Shown: piece by piece, positions 25,162 to 36,622 of the stretch
Layout of the letters: the number at the start of each line of letters is the position of its first letter
Numbering within the stretch: position 1 is the first letter of the stretch
Origin: Podarcis vaucheri
Taxonomy: Eukaryota
Assembly (NCBI GenBank): GCA_965113315.1
Contig: OZ220376.1
Length of the DNA stretch: 64,000 nucleotides
Strand: one strand, 5' to 3'
Program-made: the position numbers and the translations under genes
The notes under the pieces: generated by a model
The model's input: the letters and a program-made list of their open reading frames with translations, nothing else
The model's database searches: none
What the model was told of the DNA's origin: nothing

Positions 25162-28100
25162 CCACCTTCCCCAAGAAAGGACTCCAAATCCTGTTTCACA
25201 GGTCTTGGGACTTAATCTTGGAGCACAAGGAAATGTACAAAGACTAGGGGACAGCACAAGAGGGATATTCAACCAGCTGCAGTATCAGTGCCAATGCTGG
25301 TTAACCAAGTGACTTTTCTATTCATTACCTGAAATGAACCTGTTGGAAAATTGGATTCCACTTCCTGCTAAGATGTTGCAAGAAATGGCTGAGGGAGACG
25401 CGCCGATGTGATGAAATCCAGTATACCGACAAAGAAGTGGACTTAGCATTAATTTGAGTCAGGTTTTGTCTCAGTGCTGTGACCTTCCCTGCATTTTCAG
25501 TGTTGGACATTCACATTTATGTACAATTTTATTTGTGTGTTTTTATTTTATTGTATCTTTTTTATTAAAAAAAAGTGTAACCTGAAGAAAAAGAAATTTG
25601 TGTTGTTTCCCACAGCCTAGACAGATGTTTGATTGCTTGTTCTATTGTGTACGGGAATTCATTGCCAGTGTGGAATGTTCGGTTTGTTTTATGTTTTATT
25701 TTTTATTTTTAGTGTGTGTATAATTATATCACCTTCCAGCAGTTAATCCATGACCTTGGGGGATGCTGCATCGCTATTTGTAAGCTTTTTTATTTTTATA
25801 TTATAATTATTAAAAGCCTGACTAGATTCTCTCTCATCACTGTGAGATTAGCTGCCTGTTTGGATTGAAATCTAACACTGAGAAACTTTTTGTTTGTTTT
25901 ATGTTTGCCTTTTCAATATGGGGTGGAGGTAGGCACTGGGAAGGAAGCCACTGAGTGGAATACAGCTTGATCCATATGAGTAGCCCCAACATCCCTTGGA
26001 GAATGCCCCGATGAGCAAATGTAATGTGCAAAGCGAGTGATTCTGAATAGTAATTGCAACAATTCCCTCATCACAGTGATTGGGGAAAGTGCTACAGTTA
26101 TCACGGGAATGGCCCCTGACTGTGTCTGTGATTATCAGTTTTCACATTACCTCTGCCTGTGTAAGCACATACCAGGAGACACTTGGCATTACTCATGTGA
26201 ACAAGAAAACCTATTGTGCGGACAGGCTCTAAGTCGTGAAACAGTTTTTTTAAAAACAACAACAACCTATCATTTGCTTTGTGAGCTACTCATTAAGTGT
26301 GTCTGGCTATTAAATGGATGGGGGCTGGAAGCTTTATTGAGAAATGTAGGGTTGTTTAGCATCAGATACCACAGTGTGTCTTGGCAGCAGAAATTTCTGT
26401 TTTGATGTTTTATTTGAAAGATAACCTCTTTAACATTTACATTGCATCTTGAGTTTTATTCCAGATCTTTTAATGTACAGAGGTTAGTAGTAGATTGGGG
26501 GGGGGGCACTTTTCCCTGTAGTTGTACACCGTCCCATAGGTCTTCAAAAATACCTTCAGTGTTAAACCACAAATTAGCAAAACGTCTTTTGCAGGCTTAT
26601 TTATTCTAAACAGAAACAAAACCTAGGCGTACAATGTTTGTGACTCAGGTGCCGCTTGGGAAAAAGAGGGAAGCTAAAAGAAGATGTTATTTCCTTTATA
26701 CTATTTGCTGCCCAGTTTGACATACCACCATCCTCTCTATAGGGTCGTGACTTAACATAATAAAAGAGACTGATTTTGTAAAAAAATAAAATCCCGCTGC
26801 TTTTGGAATTCAGGTGTACACTCAAAAGGGTTGGAAGGTGGAAAAGAAGCAAAAGGTAGTTTTCTTTAGCAAATTTGTTCTGTGTAAAGCAGTGTTATTT
26901 TAGGGTCAGTATTAGCAGTGTGGTTGGAGGAAATAGCCCATAACCCTTGGAGTTTGCAGTGCTCTGATCTCAGGCAGACTTCACTGGATCCTTTAAATTT
27001 CCATGTGAATAAGGCTAGAATTTTTATTACTGGCTAACTCAAGTTTGAAAACACCCAGCCACTGCTCTCTACTGAGAACCAGTATCAGGAGAGAATTACT
27101 TACAGGGATGAAGAGGTAGGGGACAGGAGGGATGCTTAACCCTTCCCAGCCCTTCCCTTTCTTTCCCTGAAGCAACTCCTTCAAGCTGCTTCCCCTTCAC
27201 AGAGTTCCAGACTCGTATTTGCTTCTGGCTTTGTATCAGCAGATTCATCTTGAAGATTTCTTGGAAGCAATTATGGAAAATAGGGATGCCGACAGACTAA
27301 AATTGACTAGTGGTTTCTGATGATGAGCACTGAAGAAATGTATTAATTCATTCTGATTAGCAGCTATAACATATGCATAAGAAAAGCCATTTATTTTTTA
27401 AATACTGTATTGAATTTACAATGAGATAATTAAGTGCCATGTTCACCTAGCTCAGTGTTCTGTCTTCCAACAGTAAACATCCTAATGCCCCAGAGACATT
27501 CACAGTCATAGTACGTGGGTGTAGATTCCTCCCCAGTTTATTCTCATAGGTTAATAGGATGCTTATTTTGGGTTGGGGCAGTCAGCAAAAAGTCCATCAT
27601 AAGAGCAAACTGGCACACCTGCAAAATAGGCATTGAGTAAAATTAGATGAGGTTTGGGTTGGGGAGAGAGAAGGATTCAGACACTGGCCTGGATCCAATT
27701 ATCTGTTCTCTGTATGTGTGGTGGAGGTTTTTATTTTCCTTAATACTTTGGTATGCAGAAGGAAGGGGAGAGGTGCCACACACACACACACACACACACA
27801 CGCCTCATAAATCAGAAAGAGCTTCCAGTGAGGGAGAGGAGAATTTTTTAATAGTACATTAAAAGGCCCACAGGTGTTGAAATGCACTTCTCTGGATCTG
27901 GGCTATTTGGTATGATCCAGAGCCCTGTATAATCAGGGTGGGTATCTATAATCAAAAGGGGCTTCCCATTCCTGCGAAAGGGAATGTTCCACGTGGCTGT
28001 TTTCCTTTGTACATGCAAAGTTCTTGTGAAGAACAGGAAATCCTTTGCGTAGGGTCCTCATTGCGTCCACTGAATTCAGTTAGTGCACGCATTCCGCTCC

Positions 28101-28650
28101 TCAGATGTGTACATTTCTCTTTCATATCTATACCCAAAGAAATTCCATCATGTGTACTCAGTATTTCCCCCACTGGTGGATTTTTGTGAATATATTGCTA
28201 CTTTACGTCGAACACCATGAATGTCAATATTGCCATGAATCTGGGAATGGGGTGGGGGATATTTTTAATAATAAAACAACTGTTCAAAGTTGGTTTTTTA
28301 AGGTTAAAACAAAAAAGGAAACATTTATTCAAGTCAGTGTACAATATGTATTGCACTTTTTCACATTTTAACACTGTTTTTTACATATCTTGTGATTTTA
28401 AATTTGGAACATTGTGTATCTTGTAGTGTCATAGCTAAGCTGCTCTGAATATGGAGAAGGGGGTGGGAAGACCTCTGTATATTGTTTTACAGTTCTGATG
28501 TAGGAGAGTTCTGAGGACTGCTGTAAACTTCTTCCTTTCTGTACATTTTTTTTCCTGTAGTATTTGCTGTATACTCTATAAATTTTTAATACTGTCATGT
28601 TTATTATTTGGTATTGGATATCCAATACACTTTTTTAATCTAATCGAGTT
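25162..28650 (+). other. NEO1: NEO1 3'UTR (distal end approximate)
   Basis: Transposon-poor, U-rich sequence after the stop. ATTAAA at ~25809 and AATAAA at 28270-28275; U-rich tract to ~28690. Confidence 0.55.
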
Positions 28651-29289
28651 CTGCCTTTGTCTAGAGTTTTGTTTGTTTTTTTAAAAAAAACTTTTGCCCT
28701 TGCATTTTAGCAGTGTCCCTCGATGACTATTTAATAACACGGAAGCCCCAGTTACGTTCTGGAACAAGGGTGCAGTGTTTCAGAATAATTTCTTTAAATT
28801 ACAATGTAACTGAACCATTTATAATTATTTTAACCTGTTGGAATTCTGGTCCAGAAATGAAGACACTGATGTTAGTCACACATCCCTTCTTCCATCATGG
28901 AAACCACAAGGTGGTATACATTTTGTTCTCAGGAGGGAACCCATCCATGCATTGACCCAGACACAAGCCTGCTTAGCTTCAGCAATATGGTGGCCTCAGG
29001 TGCCTTTAGACCACACTCTGCGACACAGCTGTTAGACACAGAGCTCAGCACTGTTTCACTAAATTGTTTGAAACAATTGTTAGAAAGGGCTTTGTATGTT
29101 TATTCAGCTGGAAAATGGGAGTTAATTTATATGTTTGTCTATTTATTTAAAGTGTTTATATCTGGCCTCTTTGTAACCAAGAGTACAAGGTGGCTCACAA
29201 TAATTCAACAAATTTAGCAATAACATTCAACTAAAGAGCTGGAAAAAGCTACAAAATTCAATTTAAAAATGGAGTAACTACAAAGATAG

Positions 29290-30269
29290 CCAGTCATACT
29301 TGTCTCTCTTTGCTCTGTCCTCTTCATACCTCTGTGGGTTCTGGGAGACCAAGGATGGAGGGGAGTTGGTCACAGCAGGATGGGGAGACCTTGCCTGGCT
29401 TCTTCAGCAGCCTGCTTCCACTTTGCCTCTTGACTCCCATCTGCTTCTGCCTCTGTTTCTGGACTGCCCTCTGCCACAGCCTCTTCCTGCTCACTAAACT
29501 CTTGTTACCTCTTCAGATTCCGACACTTCTTCCCTGCAGACTGCTCTCTCTTCTCCCTCTGACCTCCCATCATTGCCCCACCACCAATGCCTGTGCCCCT
29601 AAAGGCATCCGGCCCTTGGGATGAAAAAGATTTCTCATCCCTGGACTGGAATGGGAAGTGGTTCCTTTGTTTTTGAAAGACTGGTGACAGCACTAAGCCA
29701 GCAGTAAATTATACCAAGCAAGTTGAAGTTAGCAAAAAACAGGATCTGCACAGGAGGCCTAATGAGCGCAGCAGCTCATCTCCAGCAGGTCTTGCCCCCA
29801 TGAAGCAGTTGATGAGACTGAAGGCCCCCACCTCCCCACAGCTGCCCTAGTCGCCTCCTCTCCAGGGTTTCCCCCAAGTAATCTGAGACTGCGCCTGCAT
29901 GAAGCTAACTTCTCTGCCCTCTTCATGCCTCTCCTGGTTCTGGGAGACCTGAGGAGAGGGAAGCTTGTTGCAGCAGTAGGGAGAGGCACCTGTGCCTCTT
30001 CACCAGCCAGACTCCTCTCTGCCTCTTGGCCTTCGTCCTCTCCTACTTCTGTTTCTGAACTTCTCTCTACTACAGGCTCTCCTAACCCCCTGAGCCCTGT
30101 TACCCCTTTAGCTTCCAACATCTCCTTCTCCCAGTCTTTTCCCTCTCTTCCCTCTGACCATTTATTGTCATCCTACCACCACTTCCCAGGTTCTGAACCT
30201 TCTTCCCCTGGGGGGTTCCCCAGTTGGTTCCCCACCACCACCACTCTGTGACTACACCAGTCCACGACA
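29290..30269 (-). mobile_element. Two adjacent copies of an LTR-like dispersed repeat
   Basis: 29290-29690 and 29690-30269 are homologous to each other and to 45810-46405 and 47055-48051. The - strand terminus reads TGTCGTGG at 30269. Confidence 0.6.
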
Positions 30270-31517
30270 ACAGGATTCCTTTCTTTAAAAAATTGCCCCA
30301 CTTGCAACCTAAAGTGCTACCGCCTTTTCTGCCACTGCAGAATCCCTATTGCTTCATTTCCCGGCAGCCGTACACAGCGGTCGAACTGCAGAGGGGAAGA
30401 ATAATATAATAATACCACCAGACCATAATGATCACCTCAATGAAGACGGAGCGACAGGTTGGACGAGGCTTTTGCTCACCTGCTAATTTTCTTGTCAGGC
30501 TGGTGTTTAATTAGCTATTCTCTCCCAGCCATTAAGCCACAAATGAGGTCTCCTTATCATCCACTGCTGCGTTGTCACGGCAACTGGTATTTTTAAGTCA
30601 TCCTGGGATCCCATTTCCCTTGTACTTAGCAAAAAAATAATCTCAATCACTATTAAGGATAATGGCCCTTGATGCCAGGAAGCGGCTGGAGTGGGGGGAG
30701 AGAGAAGAAATGGAGGACAGGAAGTGGAATCTCTGGTCCACTTTGTCGCTTAGACGTATCCCAGCCAGTTCAAGGCCGCATCGTAAAGATGCTTGAAAGC
30801 ACAGCAGAAAGCAGTCACCTGGACTCCCCCTCTGGAAATCAGCTTCTAGATAGATTTTGCTTGGAAAGGCAGTGCCCTCTTGCGGTCATAACAGGAATTT
30901 GCGAAAGAAATCATTTGCCAAATTGGTCTGTCTTATGATTGGACTATTCAAGTAGCAAAGGGGAGGGTGGTTGCCGCCAGGGCAGCAAAATGTACCTACT
31001 GAGAATAGACACCTGCCCCCCATGCAGACTAGCTCTGGGGGTTGGGGGGCATTTTCTCCCCTCTGCAAAACATTACCATATTGCAGCTAGGTCAGAATCC
31101 ATGCTTTTGCATTAATCATGTATTTCCCTGCATCTTCTACCTCTGTTTCTTCCTCACATCTTTTTCTAGATTGTGAACTGCCTCACTCTTTGTAAAGTGC
31201 CGTGCTATGGATGGGGCTGTATAAATATGAGGATGGACATGGATTCAAATTGGAAAAAGACAAATCAGGCCTGTTCAGAGGGATTGAGGTGTGAGTTGAT
31301 GCGGGCTGAGACAGATGGACAGGTTGGGTTGGACAACCCAGAGCTATCTGGAGCTGTCATGGGGCAGCCATCAGAGAGGAAAACCCATCTTCCCAAGAGA
31401 AGGTAGCAGGAGCCTGACTATTCCTGGCTCTCCTTCCTGCCTGATGCCCCCACCCAAAAGGATTGCTCCTCAGCATTCATCAGAGGCATCAGTCTTTTGG
31501 GTTGCAGGGTGCTCCCT

Positions 31518-31696
31518 CGAGGCTCCAAGACTTTGGCCACCTCATGAGAAGAGAAGACTCCCTGGAAAAGACCCTGATGTTGGGAAAGATGGAGGGCAGA
31601 AGGAGAAGGGGATGACAGAGGATGAGATGGTTGGACAGTGTTCTCAAAGCTACCAGCATGAGTTTGACCAAACTGCGGGAGGCAGTGGAAGACAGG
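31518..31696 (+). mobile_element. Bov-B (RTE) LINE fragment
   Basis: Near-identical to the reverse complement of part of 43892-44319 (encodes FGHLMRREDSLEKTLMLGKMEG). Confidence 0.85.
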
Positions 31697-32078
31697 GCTC
31701 TTTTTATGTCCTAATTTGGGGACAGGATCCGAGGTGCTGTGGGTGGCCCCCAGGTTGGCCCGGGGCAAATTGACCTGATTGGAAGCCCCACATCAGAACC
31801 ACAAGGTGGATGTGTACAGCCCTGGCAGGTACAGCCATCTCTTCTGTGTGTGTGTGCTGTGTCTAGGGCCATGGCTCACTGCTTGCATGCAAAAGAGCTG
31901 GGTTCAAACTTCGGCATCTTGTGGTTGGGCTGAAGTTCTTTCAGAGCCACCACACTGAGCTAGATGGGCCCAAGGGTCTGACTCTGGTAAGGCAGGTGCC
32001 CGTGTTCCTGACTGTACAAACCAGGACTGCTGGTGGGTTCTCCCTCCCTTACATCATCAGTAGTGGTGATAATAGTAA

Positions 32079-32438
32079 TAGTAAAGGTAAAGGTACCCCT
32101 GACCGTTAGGTCCATTCACAGACAACTCTCGGGTTGCGGTGCTCATCTCGCTCTATAGGCCGAGGGAGCTGACGTTTGTCCGCAGCTTCTGAGTCCTGTG
32201 GCCAGCATGACTAAGCCACTTCTGGTGAAACCAGAGCAGCACATGGAAACACCATTTACCTTCCCGCCAGAGTGGTACCTATTTATCTACTTGCACTTCG
32301 TGCTTTCGAACTGCTAGGTTGGCAGGAGCAGGGACTGAGCAACGGGAGCTCACCCCATCACAGGGATTCGAACCGCCAACCTTCTGATCGGCAAGCCCTA
32401 GGCTCTATGGTTTAGACCACAGCACCACCCGCGTCCCT
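32079..32438 (-). mobile_element. Sauria SINE, full length
   Basis: Head GGGACGCGGGTGG at ~32437, (ACCTTT) tail, TSD TGATAATAGTAA at 32067-32078 and 32439-32450. Confidence 0.92.
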
Positions 32439-33089
32439 TGATAATAGTAAGTACATAAATAGCCCATCAGCCCAGTACTGCCCACGCTGTCCAACTGGTT
32501 TTCCAGGGTCCCCCAAATGAATCTTTCCCAGGCACAACTGCCTTTTGTACCCTCTTGCTTACACAGCATGCAGTTGACGGGGGCTCAGAAAAGAGAAAAG
32601 CACATTTCACCTTGTTCCTGCCTCATTTCCTGCAGATGCCAGAGGGCTGCGCATGGAGAGGGGAGGAATCCTACCTTGCCCAGCCTGGATGCTTTAAATG
32701 CATCTCTTTCCTCTTCCACCTACCCACCCATAAAGGACGCAGCAGGGAGGAAGGGAGGGAGGCGGGCGAGGGTGAAGGAGAGGGCACCTCCCTGCTTCAG
32801 GGTTTCCCAGAGCGCAGCAGCGGCCAGCCTGCAGCAGCCGCCCTCCCGCTCAACGCTGTGTTCTGCTTGCCTGGTGTTTCCATGGAGCTGGAGAGCACAA
32901 GGGGCTCCGCAAGGCAGGGATCTTCCGAAGCAACATTGATGCTGGGGGAGGGAGAGGGGATCCCTGCCGGCTTTATATGCGAGTGTGTGCCTGAGAGAGG
33001 AAGAGGGCCTTCTCATTTATGTACTCCTAAAATCCAGGCTTCATGTACTGCTATGGGGAACCTCTGGCCCAGGTTGAGGTGGGCAAATA

Positions 33090-33806
33090 CAGTGGTACCT
33101 CGGGTTACAGATGCTTCAGGTTACAGACTTTGCTAACCCAGAAATAGGACCTCAGGTTAAGAACTTTGCTTCAGGATGAGAAAAGAAATCATGCAGTGGT
33201 GGTGCAGCAGCAGCAGCGGGAGGCCCCATTAGCTAAAGTGGTTGTTGTTGTTTAGTCGTTTAGTCGTGTCCGACTCTCTCTGACCCCATGGACCAGAGCA
33301 CGCCAGGCACTTCTGTCTTCCACTGCCTCCCGCAGTTTGGTCAGCCTCATGTTGGTAGCTTCGAGAACAGTGTCCAACCATCTTGTCCTCTGTCGTCCCC
33401 TTCTCCTTGTGCCCTCCATCTTTCCCATCGTCAGGGTCTTTACCATGAGGTGGCCAAAGTATTGGAGCCTCAGCTTCAGGATCTGTCCTTCCAGTGAGTA
33501 CTTGGGGCTGATTTTCTTAAGGATGGATAGGTTTGATCTTCTTGCAGTCCATGGGACTCTCAAGAGTCTCCTCCAGCACCATAATTCAAAAGCATCAATT
33601 CTTTGGCGATCAGCCTTCTTTCTGGTCCAGCTCTCACTTCCATACATCACTACTGGGAAAACCATAGCTTTCACTATATGGACCTTTGTTGGCAAGGTGA
33701 TGTCTCTGCTTTTTAAGATGCTAAAGTGGTACCTCAGGTTAAGAACAGTTTCAGGTTAAGAACGGACCTCCAGAACGAATTAAGTTCTTAACCCGAGGTA
33801 AAACTG
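33090..33806. mobile_element. Tigger/pogo-like (Tc1/mariner) MITE interrupted by Bov-B
   Basis: TA|CAGTGGTACCTCGGGTTA ... TAACCCGAGGTAAAACTG|TA. Confidence 0.85.
33243..33719 (-). mobile_element. 5'-truncated Bov-B (RTE) LINE
   Basis: RT C-terminal ORF KAMVFPVVMYGSESWT...IDAFELWCWRRLLRVPWTARRSN, (AAC)n tail, 11-bp TSD GCTAAAGTGGT at 33232-33242 and 33720-33730. Confidence 0.93.
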
Positions 33807-34785
33807 TAAATGCTCTTAAGATTTCCCCCATGCCATACACACCCTCCACACCTGCCTGCTCCTTGGGTGTTTCTCTGCCTGGCTAAAATGTGTCCTTCAA
33901 CTCTGGTGATGCCTCTCGCTTGCCTGAATGGAGGAGGATAGAGGTAGGTAGGTTTGTGCAGGTAGAAACAAAGGTAAAATGTACATTTATTGCTCCGCCC
34001 ACTTTTTGCCTCTGGCTCCGCCCATTCCAGCTTCAGCGTTCATGTTGTTGGGGGGGTGCATCCCCCCAGACTGTAGGAGCCTCCTTGACTCCTGTCTTAC
34101 ACCACGTATCTTATTTCTTGCACTTGAGTTGCAATATTGTTGAGCGCGAGTGGTTTATTTACACTTGCTTCCTGGTTTTAATGCTTGAGGCAGCGAATGG
34201 TTGTAGTGGTTGTGTGAAATGGATGGTTAGTGTGGCTGGATGCACGGTTGGGCGGTGTTGCTTGGAATCTTAGCAGTGCTCTCCAATTTTCTATTATGTT
34301 TAGGCATACGGATATTTTCATGTATTTTGTTATGTGAACCATTTGATGTGGTTTTATTGCATTTAAACCACTTTGAGGATTTATTTTTTTTTGATAGCAA
34401 AAAAATGGAAACAATAACAGCAATAATACCAAAGGAACAAATGTTTGTGCAGATTTCAGGCATTATCACAAAGAAGAAGGAAACATTTAAAATATCAGCT
34501 CATGGTGCCAGAAGAGAAGGCCAGGATTCTCTCTTGCCATCCATATAATTTTCATTAACGATAGTATGCGTGAGAAGTGCCCAAATGAGAAATTTGGTTG
34601 TCCTGCGAATCTTTTGCTGCATTTTAAAAGGCTTGCATACCACATGCCTGTGCGCGAGCCCAGGAGTACAGGAATTTACGAGGTGCACTCAGCCACACTT
34701 ATTCGTAAAGCTGAATTATATAAAAGGGAAGCACGGGGATCACAGCACCTGTGGCTGTTGCTTCATTCAGCTGCTTGTTCTAAAT

Positions 34786-35037
34786 CATGGGTAGGCAAAC
34801 TAAGGCCCAGGGTCCGGATCCAGCCCAATCGCCTTCTAAATTTGGCCTGTGGACAGTCCGGGAATTAGCATGTTTTTACATGAGTAGAATGTGTCCTTTT
34901 ATTTAAAATGCATCTCTGGGTTATTTGTGGGCCATAGGAATTCATTCATTTCCCCCCCAAAAAAATATAGTCCAGCCCCCCACAAGGTCTGAGGGACAGT
35001 GGACCGGCCCCCTGCTGAAAAAGTTTGCTGACCCCTG
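34786..35037. mobile_element. hAT (Charlie-like) MITE
   Basis: TIRs CATGGGTAGGCAAAC / GTTTGCTGACCCCTG, 8-bp TSD TTCTAAAT at 34778-34785 and 35038-35045. Second copy at 46704-46995. Confidence 0.88.
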
Positions 35038-36324
35038 TTCTAAATGGTCACTGTCCTTACAACAGGCTCCTCTGGACAGACCTATTCACTGGGCATTCAT
35101 CCTGATCTGCTTGCACAAAGGTTAGGCTAAGTCTGGTCTTTACTGAGCATTCACTCTGATTGGTTTGTGGTGAGGCTCTATCACAATGACTCATCCTGAT
35201 TTGCTTGCTGCAGTGAATGAATGATGTACGCAGTGAATGGGAAGAAATGGGCGGGGCAGGGGCGGGGAGTGATATAATACATACATTGCAATACAAACAA
35301 ACCAGGATGAACATGCAATAAGGAGCAGATACAATCTATGTCCCAGATATACTTTGTGCAAGCAAAACAGGATGAATTCTCAATAAACAGGTTGCTTGGA
35401 GGAGCCCCAAGACACTCGTGGGGCAATGTGTGAAGGGCACTTTGGAAAGTGAGGAAGGTAGGATTATATCAAGAGTGTTGGTGAGGGCAGTGATGGGCCT
35501 CTCCCTTTCTCCTGTGAGAGTGCTAGTGAAAAATGAGGATGACGAATGGAAAAAATTGTGCCCCATTTCCCCTAATGACCTGGCCTCCACCGCATCTTGA
35601 TACTGTCCTTCAGAGTCTGGAAACTTGACCAAGAAAGCAGATACAGAAACAGAGGATGGCATATTTTACTAAGATTTTGTTTTATTATGTCTGTTTTTAT
35701 ATTTCAAACCCCAACCCTACAGCACTTCCCCACCCCCCCAAAAACACAACCCCCTGAACTTTTTAGCTACTGGGTCAAACCTAATGGGGGTCTTCAGCTG
35801 TGGTTAGTGATTTGGTACCTGCTGCAGCAGAATTCAGAAACCTGAACATCGTTTATCGTCAAACCAAGCCAAAGCACCTGTCTACAATGGGTGACTTTTT
35901 CTCAATTCCAAGAGAGGCAGTTGGGAAAGCAGGTGCCCAGGGATGGGAGGAACAGGGGCAAGGGGGGGGTACTCTGAATGCAGATGTGACCATCCCAGTT
36001 TCCAGGATGTGCTCAAAGATGTGGTATTGCACAGCACATAATTCTTCACTGTACTGGCCACCTGCAAACTATTCACCTTCATCCCTGGGAGACAAGCTGT
36101 TGAGTTCTATCAAAATATCTTGATTACCAGTGGGGGCCGGGGGAGAGAGAAAAATCTTCAAAGCTGATCTCTCCATTTTGGTTGCAGGTGCCTTCGTTTT
36201 TTCCTTTGGGGGGAATGAGATGGGGCACAATTCTCCTCTACACCGTGTAGGCAACACGGTGGTCTGCAGATGTTGCTGGTCTGCGGCTCCATTGGCCAGG
36301 CGAGCTGGGATTGAGGAGACTTGG

Positions 36325-36622
36325 AAGAAGAAGAAGAAGAAGAAGAGGAGGAGGAGGAGGAGGAGGAGGAGGAGGAGGAGGAGGAGGAGGAGTTTGGATT
36401 TGATATCCCGCTTTATCACTCCCCGAAGGAGTCTCAAAGCGGCTAACATTCTCCTTTCCCTTCCTCCCCCACAACAAACACACTGTGAGGTGAGTGGGGC
36501 TGAGAGACTTCAGAGAAGTGTGACTAGCCCAAGGTCACCCAGCAGCTGCATGTGGAGGAGTGGAGACGCGAACCCGGTTCCCCAGATTGCGAGTCTACCG
36601 CTCTTAACCACTACACCACACT
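36325..36622 (-). mobile_element. tRNA-derived SINE (Squam2-like) with (CTT)n(CCT)n tail
   Basis: On -: A-box TGGTGTAGTGG and B-box-like GGTTCGCGTCTCC. Near-identical copy at 60041-60291. Confidence 0.8.

Noticed and set aside
26061-26090. Iron-responsive element in the NEO1 3'UTR (CAGUGA loop; tempting because neogenin acts in hemojuvelin/hepcidin signalling)
   Set aside because: The five bases flanking CAGUGA do not form the required upper stem (CAUCA vs UUGGG) and the bulge position is U, not C.
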